Assembly: GCA_964016885.1 (NCBI GenBank)
Contig: OZ024749.1
Coordinates: 49,538,001 to 49,602,000, forward strand
Reading direction: 5' to 3'
Length of the DNA: 64,000 bases
From: Eledone cirrhosa
Taxonomy: Eukaryota
The first letter of the stretch is position 1. Each line of letters begins with the position of its first letter. The notes below the pieces were generated by a model. It saw nothing but the letters and a program-made list of their open reading frames with translations, ran no database searches and was not told where the DNA came from. Positions 16,181-32,551 of this stretch are shown in pieces. A program made the translations under genes and the position numbers.

Positions 16181-16359
16181 TGTTTCTACTTTAGGCACAA
16201 GGCCAGCAATTACCCAGTGCATTACTGGTACTTTATTTTATCGACCCCGTAAGGATGAAAGGCAAAGTCAACCTCGGCGGGATTTGAACTCAGATCGTAA
16301 AGGGACGTAACTATGCTGGAAATCATGGCGTCCGACCCTCTACCGATACTGCCAATCCA
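16181..16359 (-). mobile_element. tRNA-derived SINE, subfamily 1
   Basis: Near-identical to 4800-4990. TSD acaaataac at 16172-16180 and 16360-16368. Confidence 0.92.
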
Positions 16360-17620
16360 ACAAATAACCTTGACTAATTGTATCGATAAAAAGTTTGAAT
16401 GCATGGAGTACGTAATTCATACCATAGTGTATTGACTCTGCTGTCATTGAAGTGGAATGTATATAATAACCCATCAAAGGAAGATTCTCGTCAAGTCTAC
16501 TTAAGGACATCGCTGCTGCCAATACACACGAACTCATACACAGTGGGATATCTTTATTCACACACACATACAGACATAAATAAATATACATATGCTTCTG
16601 TGTATATATGCCTCTGTATATGTGTGCGTTTGTAATGGATGTGTCTTTCCTCGAGAATTTAGAGTTGTCACCTATCCATCTTGTTCTAAATAGGTAACAT
16701 GTATCCAGTTATTTCGCAATCCCACTGTCGAATATGTTAGTAATGAACATGAAATGTTTGTACAATCGTCACGGAATTGAACGCGACATATCCTAAATGC
16801 TGAAGGCTTAACGATTCATCGATGTCTTTTTCTGCTGAATGCATATATACGCAACATATAAACACATTTAGTCATACATTAAGTATCATAGTATCAGATA
16901 TTTAACAGCTAGTACAATGTAAGCCTCGGAGCCAGGTAAATAGTTTTAGTGTATAAATTTAGTCGATTATTTTGATTGATATGTAGTACCCAACTCCGTG
17001 ACATTCAGGTTAAAACATCTTGGCCTTTCTACTTTACGGCAATAAATAATGTCTAACTGGTTAGTAATGGGAATAAGAAATCTTAAAATATCGACTCCTT
17101 GCATCGCCATTTTCACTTTTTGTAGTCGATATATTCGAATTTCTTAAATTTGCAATATTTTATAGGCTGATTTTGTTGATGTTTTCTAAATTTCAGGAAG
17201 CTAGATAAAATCCCTCCTAACCCGTGTTTAGTCTCATTTTACTTTTTGTTTTCAAGTCCAACCGATAAATTATTTGCCGTTCAATATACTCCCAGACACG
17301 TTGAATCATAACAACGTTGCCAGCATATATTTTAGTAATATACATATTTTTATATCGGAATGTATCCCATTGAGAACGTGAGTAATACCGTTTAGTAAAT
17401 GCGATAAGTGTCCCAGTAGGTCGATGGAAGCTGTTCATTAATACACAGCTGTGTGGTATATTAATAATGAGGGCATGCGGAGATATAGGAAGAAAAATAA
17501 TGACTGTGATTAATATTATTATGAGAAGTTAAGGTCCAAATCACTTGCCTGATGTGGCTCTCCTCTTTGAATAAGTTTCTGCTGTCCACCTCTCCTATAT
17601 TACGTCTGTTTAATAAATGC

Positions 17621-17662
<42 letters not shown>

Positions 17663-18841
17663 CACGGATGCGTGTGTGTGTGTATAAGTTAAGTAACTAT
17701 GTAAGTGTGTTTGTATGGGTGTGTGCATTTACATACAGACGTACTATATTTAGGACACCTTACATTTACTTTATATGTTCTTATTAGAGGAAATTTATAA
17801 TTTCTACGGGAAAGATGTTTCCTGACGCTCGGTGCTTTGTCTCGTTTATGGTCCCTTGCTGCCTACTATGTAATGTTCAGCAAGATTCTTTTAACATTTC
17901 ATTCAGAACATGACTCCGGGAAAGTCAGGAGAGTTTAATGGACAGAGAATCTATATTTTTTAAACTAAACGACTATCTGCCAAATCTTATATATATCATA
18001 GTTGAATGATGTTACGTTCGTATATACAAAATTGTATGTTAGTGCTATTTCTTCTGAACATATGTGTGTATGTCAGCGTATATACTAAACACCTTTCTTG
18101 GTTCAGAAGTTATATACAATATTAAATGTCACCTATAAAACGAAATCTTGTAGGATATTTCCTATTTCGCTGTACATGTGTCATCCTTTAGTTATCATAT
18201 TACTACATCACTGCCATCTGTTCATTTCAACAGCTTCCGCTAGCAACAAGATGGAAAATATAAGTAAAGTGGATAAAGAAGAATATATAACAAAAAGAAT
18301 CTTCGAATGAAAGGAAAATAAATAACATTTATAGGAGTAAAACATATAGAAAAAGTGGTTCTATTTAGCAGACTACGCACTTAGATGTAGCTCTTCATGA
18401 AATCATTTTTTTTCTGTTCACTTTCAAGAAAGTGGATTCCTTCCTGATTTTGAGTAGAGGGTTCTTCCATTAAAAATGCATGAAATATATTTTAAGACGA
18501 GAAGTGTCTCAAATTGCAAACAATGTAGTTTTAAATACTTTCTTCTCTTATGTACATTCTCCCGAGAAAGAACTTTATTGAGAATGAAAAGTTTAGATTC
18601 ATTAATCGATGAAATATTGACCGATGATATGTGAACGTGTCAAGATAGTTTAGTATTTCACTTTTACGTGTAATAGTAGCATTAAATATGAGGAAACGAC
18701 AAATGGGGGAACCGAAATAAATATACAGTTCCACGTTTCTGTTTTAACATTCTCACATACATATTTCATAAAAAATATTTGTTGCATAATTATATTGATT
18801 TTCTAAGGACATGGCATCATTGTCTCACGTTCAGCCATGAT

Positions 18842-18888
<47 letters not shown>

Positions 18889-19601
18889 GCTTATTCGTGT
18901 ACACCCCATATTATTTAAAGTTGCAAAATCATGAAACTGTTTAAACCGTTAGCAATTATAAATATGCCTTCCTAAAGGCTGAAGGCGCAAATTCCATTTT
19001 CGACGTCTTTTTTCTATATATTTACACTTGTAGGTTACAAAAGCTCTGTCACTATACAAAAAGAAAGTGTAACTGACACTCTATCAATGATTAAGTCAAT
19101 ATACACATATCTAATATGTAGTTAAGTGGACATGCCAGAAAATAAGAATTTTCATTAATATTTAAACAAAATGATGAGCACCATTACTCAGGTTTCGGAC
19201 ATCATTAGGCCCTCCTCAAAAGGCATATATATTATCCAAATCACCACAAGGAAATGTTCATTTGGACGTTTTATGCTATCTGCCTTCCTCTCTCTCTCTC
19301 TCGTTTCCTACCTATCATTGTTATATTTAAACACTCACACACTCATATGCAAACATTTTTACATACATACATAACAATATTTTTTAGAATAGAAGGTACT
19401 CTGCAAACGAATAAAACGAATGAAAATTATGACCATAACATCCAGCTAACGTGTAGATCGAAAAGACCAGTTTAATATAATGATAAACTCTGTGATCAGA
19501 AATTCAGATAAATTATATCATGATATATGTCTACCCCTCTCTCATTTAATCTCTTTATATATTTCTGTATTTATTTATTCCACCAGCCTTCCATCTTTTT
19601 T

Positions 19602-19643
<42 letters not shown>

Positions 19644-20146
19644 CATACATGTGTTCTTGAATACGTACTGCTGTAGCGTTCGCATCTCTATTTGTGGTGG
19701 TAGGAACAGTAATAGGTAGAATATAATAATCGCAGCATAAAGCAGAAAAAGTAAAATGCATAACAACGTCTGTCAAAGTAGAAGCTTAATCGATTTATGT
19801 ACGTGTTTATATAGACAGCAATGTCAAAGTGGGTGTGAGAGAGATGGTAATAGCTACACACGTAAGATATCGTTTTACATTTGAGCAAGTAATTTCATCA
19901 GCCACAACAATAAATGGAAGATAGAAAATACACATTAGAAGACTTAACTCAATTTATTGTTTGCAATAGTTGGCAATTCAATGAATTTTTCTTGTGATTG
20001 CAATGGTTATTTTGCAGCAAACGAAATCATTAAAGCAGATTTTATATATAATATAAATAAAATTGATCAATACCTACATACCATTGTAAGCATTTCCTAA
20101 ATAGTGAGCACCACCAAAAGTGTATATCAGTAAATATATACACACA

Positions 20147-22312
<2,166 letters not shown>

Positions 22313-23677
22313 CATATATATAAATGTTGAATTCCGAAACCTGTTCCTCCCAGCGCAAATAATAATAGATCTTTATTATAAATAATCCTTGACAAAATCA
22401 TATATAATTCCATTAGACATGTATTATTTGGAACGATAGAACTTCGAGAACCCGAACCATGCTCATATAGGATGTGGAGCGACTGCATTAATTATTATTT
22501 TACATTGTCCCTCACCACAATCCTGCTCTATTTAAATTTCTATTTGGGAGTCTAAAGAACTGTTGTTTTATGAGATATTTTGAATGTCTGTAATTTGAAA
22601 TATGTGATTCATAACGCGACTGTCCATTATAATAGTCGAGCACAGTTGATAGAGAATATGATTCATTGCACCAGGAATTGGTGCACACAAGCAACGAGGG
22701 GAAAAGTAATTCATAAAATACGATAATAAATAATAAAATGTAAAAGGAAATTGATTTGGTGTTCTCAAGAAATTTCATCAGATACAATTTACTTGACTTT
22801 TATGGGAGCGTTCTATCAATGAATACATTTAACTTACTTGACCTCTGGATAAAAAACAGTGATGATGTTTTGTAATGTTTGTATTTTTTGTCTTTTGGCA
22901 CATGAAGAATTTAATTTAGGGTTGGGATTTAATGTGTATATTTCTTTTGGATGATGCTAAATATAACACCTATTTTATACACTCTTTGATTAATGGATTT
23001 CTATAATACATGAGTTTTTGAATTTCAAACGTTCATGAATTAATTAAAGTAAAACATAATCTAAACACTACGCTACCGTTAACACACCGAATCTAAAACA
23101 ATATAAAAATCTTTAAAATATAATCTTCAACATTCTGATAGGACCCGAAGGATTCTTTCCTTTATTTTTCAGCTATTCATCATACATCGTATTTATCTTG
23201 TTTTACTTTTATTTTAATTGATATTTGCATTATTTGTTTGTTATACATTCTTTTCTTTCAGCTTTCATTTCGGCTTCAGTGTCTAATTCATCATTTTTTA
23301 TTATTTTCCTTTTCCTTTTTTCACCATTTCCTACAAACTTCTCAACATATCTGATCACTTTTCAGTGATGGACACAATTTCAGATTCAATTCATGAATAA
23401 CAATTAAAAGACAGTTAAATATATCCAACGTTTGCAGACTGAAATTTTTGCAAGAAACTCAGAGTAGGTTATTCTTAACATAATAACTTTCTAATGCAAA
23501 AGTTTGTGGAATAATGATATATAACTTTACTTTACTAGAAAACTTAACGATTGTGGAAACAAATGTATTTCAGAACCTCCAAGTACAAAAACGTATTTTA
23601 ATCACATTGCTTGACTATATATGCACAATGTTTCAAATTGGTGCCGATGAGTACTGCTGATTATCACAAAGGCAGTG

Positions 23678-23790
23678 TCTATCGACACCAAAATAATTTG
23701 AAGTAAAGTTGGCTTCGATAAGGTTTGAAATGAGAAATTCAAACGGACGTAAATATTCTGCCTGGTGCTCTAGCGCTTTTATCAACCAAG
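23678..23790 (-). mobile_element. Highly decayed SINE-like remnant
   Basis: atcgacacc...aaagttggcttcg...tttgaa...ggacgtaa loosely follows the SINE consensus order. Confidence 0.35.
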
Positions 23791-25605
23791 TGTCCTATAT
23801 ATGTCGAAGTAATTTCGTTCCTAATTCGAGGAGAAATATAATAAATTCATGAATGTCCAATTGTATGCAAAGAATAAACACATACATGCATTTAGTAAAA
23901 AAAATAATATGCAACATTATAAATATATATTGAAATGTATTTAAAATATAGCTCTGTGATTTAGAAAGCACTTTATTTTAATGTTTCCTCTTAAGAACTG
24001 GGTAACCATATTAGAAACCTATAAGGTGATTGCACATCTGCTCACTGAGCTGTTGAATGTTATCAAAATATTTGTTTTAAAAAAAAGATCAGCAGATTTA
24101 CCTTTCAAGATTGCTTGAAACGTGTTTACTTTTCATTTGAAAAAGTAAAAGTTGAAAAGCTAAAGGTAGCTGATAATTTCATTTTCGATTAAATATAGCT
24201 GGATATTTCATGAGTCAGTAAAAGTGTGTTAGCAGCATGATATATAGAATCTTGGAAAAACGTCTGAAGTTCCGAACTGGCTTGAAGGAGAATGTGATGT
24301 TATTTAGAATGGCATGACTGAGCAAAAGTATGGTGTAATATAATTCCCACTTAGAACATCACTGAGTTCATTAATGACATATAGTGGTGGATTTTCAAAC
24401 CGTCATCACAATGAACATTTTGTGAACCACGCATTATCTACACTTGACATATAATCGTGCAGATGCTGACTATACCTACAACTCATTTCCAACAAAATTA
24501 TCAACCAATAAACACGTGACAGAAATTAACATTGCTACCATTTCAATCAAATGAACTGAAGAACCGGAAGGATAGAATGAAAGTGACTGTGAGATGGAGG
24601 AATATACTTAGAATACGTGACTCGATGCCAGAAATTAGATGATATTTTCTACATCAGCGCAACATGGCAATAGTTTTCTTCACAACACGGAGCCCTGATG
24701 CAGAGAGCAGGGAAATGTGACCCACGTTGTAGCGATTTCTCAATTATTATGTCTGTCAAATACATGCAAATGTAACGAAGGCTCAATAAGCACCCAAACC
24801 GATCCTACTAATTCTACCTGGAATTAGCAGCGCTATCCATTCTAAAATAACATTTAAGTAGGAATGTTCTATTAGTCTATTGGAAGTTGTAGTGGTCGTA
24901 ATGGTGCGTCCTAATATTGCGATGTTATAACCGTAGGTAGTATTACTTTCATGGTAGTTATTCTGAATTTGAGCTGCCATGGTTCTTTATATCCCAACCA
25001 GCATTCTTTTTAAATATAGAACAAGAGAGAGAGAGAGAGAGAGAAGAAACAAAGTATAAGTAACATTATGTATCGAATAACATCTAATGTTGCCTCTACT
25101 TTTAAAGCTAAGATTTAAAAAGATATTTTGATTACCCTTCCAAGGGCGATAAAATAAGGCAACAGTCACCTATTATGGTCGATTTAACTGACTTCTCCTG
25201 CCCTCAATCTTCTGATGTTTTCCAGAAATAGAAATCCTTATTAATACTCTAATGAACTGGACATTAAACAATAAATATAGTGAGATACGGAAAACTGTGC
25301 ACAAGAACGATATAATACTCTTATATTCGTCAAACATCGATATGTACAAAGTAACAATAAGTTATGTGTAAATTAATTGTGGTCTGTGTTGATAGAAATG
25401 AACTTACCTTTCTCCCATCCAAACATCTATTGGATAGACGTAAGTATTTCCATATTACAGAGCTTGTTGTCAGTGAAAATTAGATAGAAGAATGATTGAA
25501 TGAATAGCAAGTTGTGTAAAATATTAATTTGAATTCAAAACACTTTCAAGCCCTGACACATTTAAACTTCACCTCTTCTATAGAGTGTATATAGTAACGG
25601 AATAA

Positions 25606-25760
25606 ATAATTGTTTCTACTTTTGGCACAAGGCCAGCAATTACCCAGTGCATTACTGGTACTTTATTTTATAGACCCCGTAAGGATGAAAGGCAAAGTTA
25701 ACTTCGGCGGGATTTGAACTCAGAATGGCAAGGGCCGTAATTCTATGCGTCAAAGCATGG
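25606..25760 (-). mobile_element. tRNA-derived SINE, subfamily 2, head missing
   Basis: Matches the SINE consensus up to gcgtcaaagcatgg, then abuts the PLE family B copy. Confidence 0.9.
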
Positions 25761-25768
25761 AAATATAG

Positions 25769-26499
25769 GAGAGTATTGTAGTTTGCTTGAAGCATTGTGG
25801 AAGAATAAAAAATGGTTGGTCGTTTTGGAAGTCTCAACAATGCAGATGGGTAAATCTCCGGGTAACAGAATCCTGAGATGTATGAGGAAATGTAGAAATA
25901 TGTATAACGTAGGAAAGAGCGTAAAAAATAAAAATATTAACACGAGATAGAGTTACCTTGGGAGAGATTTAATTCTCCCTATATTTAGGATTTCGCATCC
26001 ATCAACTGGGGGTTTTCCGAAAGGGAAAGTTATCTGTCGGAGAGGAACGGTACGTGGCCTATGTTGTCCGCCGTTTCTGTGTAGCTGAGATATTCTGTAG
26101 AGCGCACGTGGGCGCGGAATAGGTGCGGTCAAGAAAAGGTCGAGGAAGCTCCTCTTTATTGTGGCAGTGTCAATCCATTGTACTACATATATTCAGTCCT
26201 TGTTACTGGCAGTGTAGCAGTCTGTCTGGTCGCTTGTCGGTCGGTGGATGGTGGGGGCGCTATACACACAACAACAATAGTCCGAATGCCAAACGTGTGT
26301 GTGTGCGTGTGATGTTGTCTCGTTTGTTTACACCAGCCACCTCGTCTCGCTTATTTATTTGTCGTTTCGTTTATTTATTTGTGGTCCTAGGCTTTTGATC
26401 CAAAGTGCTTTCTTGATTCCTAACGTGCCGACATTGCGTTCTGTCGCTAGCACTGTGACAATGGTCCTTCCGTCTTTCTTTCCGCATTTGGTTATGAAA
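25769..26499 (-). mobile_element. 5'-truncated Penelope-like element, family B (second copy)
   Basis: Reverse-complement homology to 1524-2340. Encodes [46 protein letters not shown]. Decayed HHR-like motif at 25977-26012. Confidence 0.72.
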
Positions 26500-27265
26500 T
26501 ATATATTTATATGTAAATGTGTAGCTATCTCATGTATCACGAATTGCAATAATTCTCTCAACAATGTGTTTACAGCTGCATGTAATTTGTTTCCTTTAAC
26601 TATATAATTAAATCTATATTTACACTATCTACGATCATTGAACTTTCACCTATCAAGACCTGAAAATGATGAAAACCAATTTCAAGTTTCATTTTAATAT
26701 TTCTGTCATATTTGCTGTAAAGAATGACATGATGTGAGATACTACAAGACACAAACAATAGTATAATGCAGACTCGTGATTAATATAACCGTATTTGATA
26801 TCTTTAAATATGAGCATGATAGCAGAGACGTGGTATATAATTTAATTATATCATTATTAACATTTGAACGCATTTTTTGGTGCAAACATTTTATCAAATT
26901 AATTCACTAATATTTTTACGGTATCGATTTTTAAGATTATAAAAAAATGATAATACATGTTCCGGCAGATTTGGAATGCCATATCTTTGAAATTGGATAA
27001 AGAAGTAGTGATGATATTGTGTATAATTGTAAGATTTTATCCATGCATATGCATAACAACAAAAATAACAAACAAAAATGCAAACGTGAGGAATATGAAT
27101 TATAATTCTTGTTAATGGTAACATGCTTCAAATAATCAAGCTAATTAGTTTCTGAAAATCTTTCTTTTTCTAAATAGAGGAATAATGATACAGATGAAAT
27201 CACACAATCAAATACACACCTGCATGCATACACACACACAACCACACACACACACACACACACAC

Positions 27266-27315
<50 letters not shown>

Positions 27316-27320
<5 letters not shown>

Positions 27321-27588
27321 TATATAACCAAAGATTAATTGGGTTCGTTGATTAATCAACAAATTATTTAAGTTTATCATATTATGTGTGGTATAAAAAC
27401 GTTGAGATTTGGTGAAATAAATCACGGCCAATACTGGAAGTGAATAATCAAAACCATAGCGGTATGTCACATATCAAATCTTATATTTTGTCTGATGAAA
27501 ACGTATTTAAACACCATTGTACCTTTGAAATATGTATAATAAAATATATATTTTGATTATGAGAATATTTTTCATTCATAACATTTTG

Positions 27589-27594
<6 letters not shown>
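27316..27594 (+). mobile_element. PLE 3' fragment with hammerhead (family E) inside (TA)n
   Basis: Unique island between (TA)n tracts. Its HHR shares flanks (tttt.tCTGATGAAAAC...TTTGAAAT....ATAATAAAATATAT) with the HHR at 47632. Confidence 0.6.
27482..27548 (+). ncRNA. Type I hammerhead ribozyme
   Basis: tatattttgt-CTGATGA-aaacgta...taccttt-GAAA-tatgta-TA-ataaaatata. Stem I is 10 bp with one G-U pair, and stem II is weak. Confidence 0.68.
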
Positions 27595-27631
<37 letters not shown>

Positions 27632-28627
27632 GCTCTGTTGGGAGATGCAGACTCAGCAGAGGAGTAAAATCACGACCACGCCGCCAAGCGGATTCCGCTC
27701 ATGTTTCACACACAGTACGAAACCACTTGCTAAATTGGTCGCATTTTACCTATATATATATTCACAAACTTAAAAGTCTGAAGATCAGAATCACTAAATT
27801 TTCTAATTCTAGAAATCTGTAGCGAATTACTTCGAGACAAAATACAAACGTTTATTTAGTGGTCGATTGAAATGTCAGTTACATAGTCTGGCACATGCCA
27901 ATTTAATCTCAGGTTAACTTTAATTTAATCAGTATACGCATCGTATGTTGACTGCATTCCTTTGCAGTATGTGAGTCACTTAGCTGCTATCTGCTACTTT
28001 CCATTTAAAAATATTGTCACTAAACTGCCTAGATTTTATATTTAGTTCTAGACTGAACAAAATGTTCGTTCCTCCATCTCAGTCTCTCTCATCTACTGTC
28101 ACTCTTTCTCTCTTTTCACACGAGCTAAACATTCTGTTGTTAATCTTTCTGTATCAGAACAGCTAAATCATTTGACATTACTATTACTAATATTGCCTAG
28201 ATTTTTTAAAATTATTTTATTAGTTCTAGTGAGAAAACACTCTTCGTTTCACAATCTCAGTCACTATAATCGACTCCCCATCTCTCTTACGCTCTCTCTC
28301 TACACAAACTTCTCATTCTTTTGGTCTTATGAAATTCTCTCGTCATTTAAGACGAAATGAACATATTCAGGTTTCAGACAGCGTTTTTCTCTGCTTTCAT
28401 AAAACAATCTTTTTCAAATATTGGAAACTTGGAAACACCTCGAATTTCTAAACGAAGATCCATATTTCATATTTAAGCTCATTCAATATTAAAAAATATT
28501 ATTTAATGGTGACGGTTCTTTGTGACATGCGAATCTAGATATATGTTTTAATTTTAATGAATATATATATAAACAAACACACACACATTATATATATATA
28601 TATATAAACACACACACACACATTATA

Positions 28628-28659
<32 letters not shown>

Positions 28660-29885
28660 AAATATATATATATATATAACGAGGTGTGTACAATATTCGG
28701 CTTACGCACACTAAAAGCCGCTCTCGGTTTATTTTATCAGTTATATAGTTTGTTGTTTTTTCAAATCAATGTTGAAGCACAATATTTTAATATGTATGTG
28801 ATGTATGTGTATGCTTAAATCAATGTAGAAAATCGTATCGTTCTCTGAACGCAAATTTAATGATTTGTTGATTTCTGCAGAGCAAAATGGATTGCCAGTC
28901 AATGCTAAAGCCATAATTAAAGATCTGTAATGGGGTCTTATAAAACAAAACGTTTCGTGTTTTCAACAGTGCCAATACATCGTGAGTGATTTACAGATAA
29001 GCGGATTGGACACGCGATATGGCAAAAGACAAATACATCAGTTTAAAACTACGTCATTTTTATGCATTAGACTTGTAATCACCTAATGAAATACCACTAC
29101 AATTAAATTATTTTGTTTGTCCTTAATACGACACACAATGCCATGAATTTGTTAAAAATGCTTATGCGATTGGTCAAGCGAGATCATTTGGTTGCGTAAC
29201 TAAAGAGATCTTGTAAACGTTTTTCTTTGTTTTTGTAATATACTAAATAACTGTTTAAACTAATGATTAGTGTTTTTCGGATAACTATTTTAAGATAATT
29301 GCATGGTGTGTCACGTAACGTATGCTTCCCGGTCACGCAAGAAATCATGTTTTTGCCTGTAGGATATCACATACATTTAGCAATAGCATTCCTACCAGCA
29401 ACAAATGCAACTACTATAAAGACAGGATTACAATCGACAACCAGAAAAAAAATCGAGACACAAACAAAATCGAAATTGAAGCTGGAAATAAAGACAACCA
29501 TTAGGTAGTCTCGATATATATGCATCCCTCCATAATCGTTTTCCTAGATGTCTATTGAAAAACATGTATTTTACAGTTCATCTGGTATACCCATTGATAC
29601 ATATGTGATACATTGGATGATACTTCAACTGCTCTAGTTTAGGTCTAATATGACGGATATTTACTATAAATGTCTACTGTTTATACAATCGTTTTATTAC
29701 TATTAATATTTTAATGCGATTGGCATGCGTTTTATCTTACAAGCACTATCCATATATTCATTGTTTATTTGTTTATTTTGCGATACAGAAATATATATAT
29801 TTTACAGTATTTCGAATTCAAAGATTTCGATACGCTCTCAGACCTCTTGAAAATATGTTTTAAATGCACATACTCACGCCCCCTC

Positions 29886-29933
<48 letters not shown>

Positions 29934-31532
29934 ATATATCGACGTTCTTTTGAACGCGGTTTCCCTCCGTCTATGTTAACCCAAGAGATTCTGAATGATA
30001 CTTGGTTAATGTCTTACAACTTTGTAGCGTTTTTCTTCAAAGAATCCAAACAAATATATGAAGTATACTTGGAGCAATTGACATTCAACGAATTACCATC
30101 ACTTGTCGTCCATAGATTCTGTATGTAATACACAGGAGGATATATCTTATGTACAAATAGAAATAACATAAGGAAAGCAAGAATAATAGAAGTAAAACAA
30201 GAAAACATAGCTTTTACGAGAGAATTGAATAGTCTACATATTCATACACGCGCACATACTTAAACATACAATATATATGTATTAATTCATATATATGTAA
30301 ATGTATGTATATGTGTTTGTGTGGTTTATATATATATAGGTGTTTGTGCGGGTATGTGTATATAACAGTAATATACTAAAATCAAACAACATACAGATTA
30401 ATGCTGCTTCACATATATGCGAAATAAATTATGTACAGAAACGTTCATCAGCAGGCAGAAAAATGAGTTTGATGGATTGGCATATTTCCTATCTATGACA
30501 GGCACTTTCCATTGCTTTACTCCCAAACTACATCCACATTTTGGCACCTAGATCTCTTTCTTTCCCACTGCATCATTCAAACTTTCTCCGTGGCCATGCC
30601 AACAACAATGTATCTCATTCTTTTATCATGCCGAATACGAAATGTCGTTACTCTCTAATCATTAATTTCACCATGACCATCCATTTGCTTTTGGCAGATC
30701 AGTTTCCTTGTTGCCAACACCTATCCCTGAAGAACAAGCATAATATTTCATCAGTAACACGAATATTTTGCATCTATAATTCCCACGTGAAATATTCCTT
30801 TTTCAAATAACCTATCTGAGTGAACTAACCCACAGTTCACCATTTACATGAATGCACTGATAATGTGACTCAGATAACTAATGGGCGCATGCATATTACA
30901 TGACATACAAAGAGATAATATATAGGCTGTTATCTCTGGTAACATATTAATATATTCGTTAAAAAAATTCGCTTCACAATAGTCACCGGAAACATATTTC
31001 ACATGCATGCACACAATTTATAATACGAAGACACAGATACTTATGAATGTTATACAAATATTACTGTACAGCTTAAATCTACAGAAAATGTAGATTGATC
31101 GCCGAAAGCTTTTTATTAAATAACAAACCAATCTTGTCTGACCCGTGTCTGAAAGACAGGATATTAATGAACAAAAAAGAGATAAATACGAATAGGTTTA
31201 TTATGGAATATTCTCCTTCAAATCGTGCTTAGAATATTTAGAACATTCTCAGTCGAACTTACAGAAAAAGTTGTCAATTTCCTCTGATATGTATGTCTCC
31301 TTAACATAATTCTGAGGCCGAAACGTCAGGCTTTGTGAGAGGATGGGGAATAAAAGTCAGAACGACATAAACAAAAATACGAAGTATTTCATTAATTCAA
31401 ATCATTCCAAATGTTTCAGTGTGAATTATTTGTTAGCTGTCAATTCATTAAAATAGACATTAAAAAGCAAATACGTTTCAAGTTATCGGTTGGGCGAAGA
31501 CACCATGTCTGCGCATCCATGACTAGTACGAG

Positions 31533-31627
31533 CTGAAGATCCGCTAAGGTTAAAAAAATTGTTCTCGGTATGGTGAACTAACTGCCGTCGAAACGGCTTG
31601 AGCTCAGCCGTCGGGGTCTTACTGGTT

Positions 31628-31631
<4 letters not shown>
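31533..31631 (+). mobile_element. 3'-terminal fragment of PLE family A with hammerhead 3' half
   Basis: 31584-31631 matches the reverse complement of 8541-8588 at 47/48 positions and ends at ggttcct followed by (AT)n. CTGAAGA lies upstream at 31533. Confidence 0.8.
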
Positions 31632-31671
<40 letters not shown>

Positions 31672-31699
31672 GAAATCGAAAATGCAACTTGAGTCTTAT

Positions 31700-31826
31700 T
31701 TAAAAAAAAATATATATATTTGTTTGGTTCTTTACCGGTTTCGCAGTTCTTGTGCTTTTCAAAAGTAGAGTCGAGATGGAGGGTCTGTGGTTTTAAACCA
31801 CAGACCCTCCATCTCAACTCTACTTT
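31700..31826 (-). mobile_element. Hairpin-plus-hammerhead mini-element, family C, copy 1
   Basis: Near-perfect hairpin at 31762-31826 followed on the minus strand by the HHR at 31730-31765. Inverted homologue of 32551-32670. Confidence 0.7.
31730..31765 (-). ncRNA. Minimal hammerhead with U3:A8 core (UUGAAAA)
   Basis: ctt-TTGAAAA-gcac aagaa ctgc-GAAA-CCGG-TA-aag, with one stem II mismatch. Confidence 0.55.
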
Positions 31827-32039
31827 ATTTAATTATTTATTTATTTGTATACACGCACACACAAACATATTTATATGTATGTGGTTTTGTATACGTATGG
31901 CAAGTGTTTTCGCGTATGCTTGTGTATGTACGTATTTGCATGCGTGTATGTATTTATTTAATTTCTATTACCTCTTCATTGTATTCTACTTTATTCTTAA
32001 CTCTGAAGCGGAGATTCATTCGGTTTTCTAGTTAGAATT

Positions 32040-32308
32040 TTAGTCTACGACTTCAGCTATGCAATTTACGGGGTTTGTCTTTGCGTACAATTGTTCTCCA
32101 CGCCCCACATATGACGTATTACCTTCGTTTTTTTCGTTCATTGCCAGAGAACGTCTCTATGAACCACCTAAGGGAACATTAGTCTACGACTTCTTTTATA
32201 CCATAAACGTGGTTCTGTCTTTGCGCGTAACAGTTTTTCACCGCTCCTATTAATGACGTATTATATTCTTTTTTCCCGTTCTTTGCCAGGGAACGTTTCC
32301 ACGAACCA
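32040..32308. repeat. Diverged tandem duplication, period about 139 bp
   Basis: ttagtctacgacttc...tgtctttgcg...atgacgtatta...ttgccag.gaacgt...gaacca occurs at 32040 and 32179. Confidence 0.8.
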
Positions 32309-32458
32309 AAGTATCGTCTTCCTGTCTTCCTCCGGTTGCAACGTTTTTTGAAATATCCACTTCTCCGTTTACAGATTGACTGTGTTAGTCTCAGAAGATC
32401 CCGTTAAGGGTGAAAGCAGCTATTCTTTGCTTAAACTTTAATCTGTTATTTTAATAAT

Positions 32459-32550
<92 letters not shown>

Positions 32551-32551
<1 letters not shown>

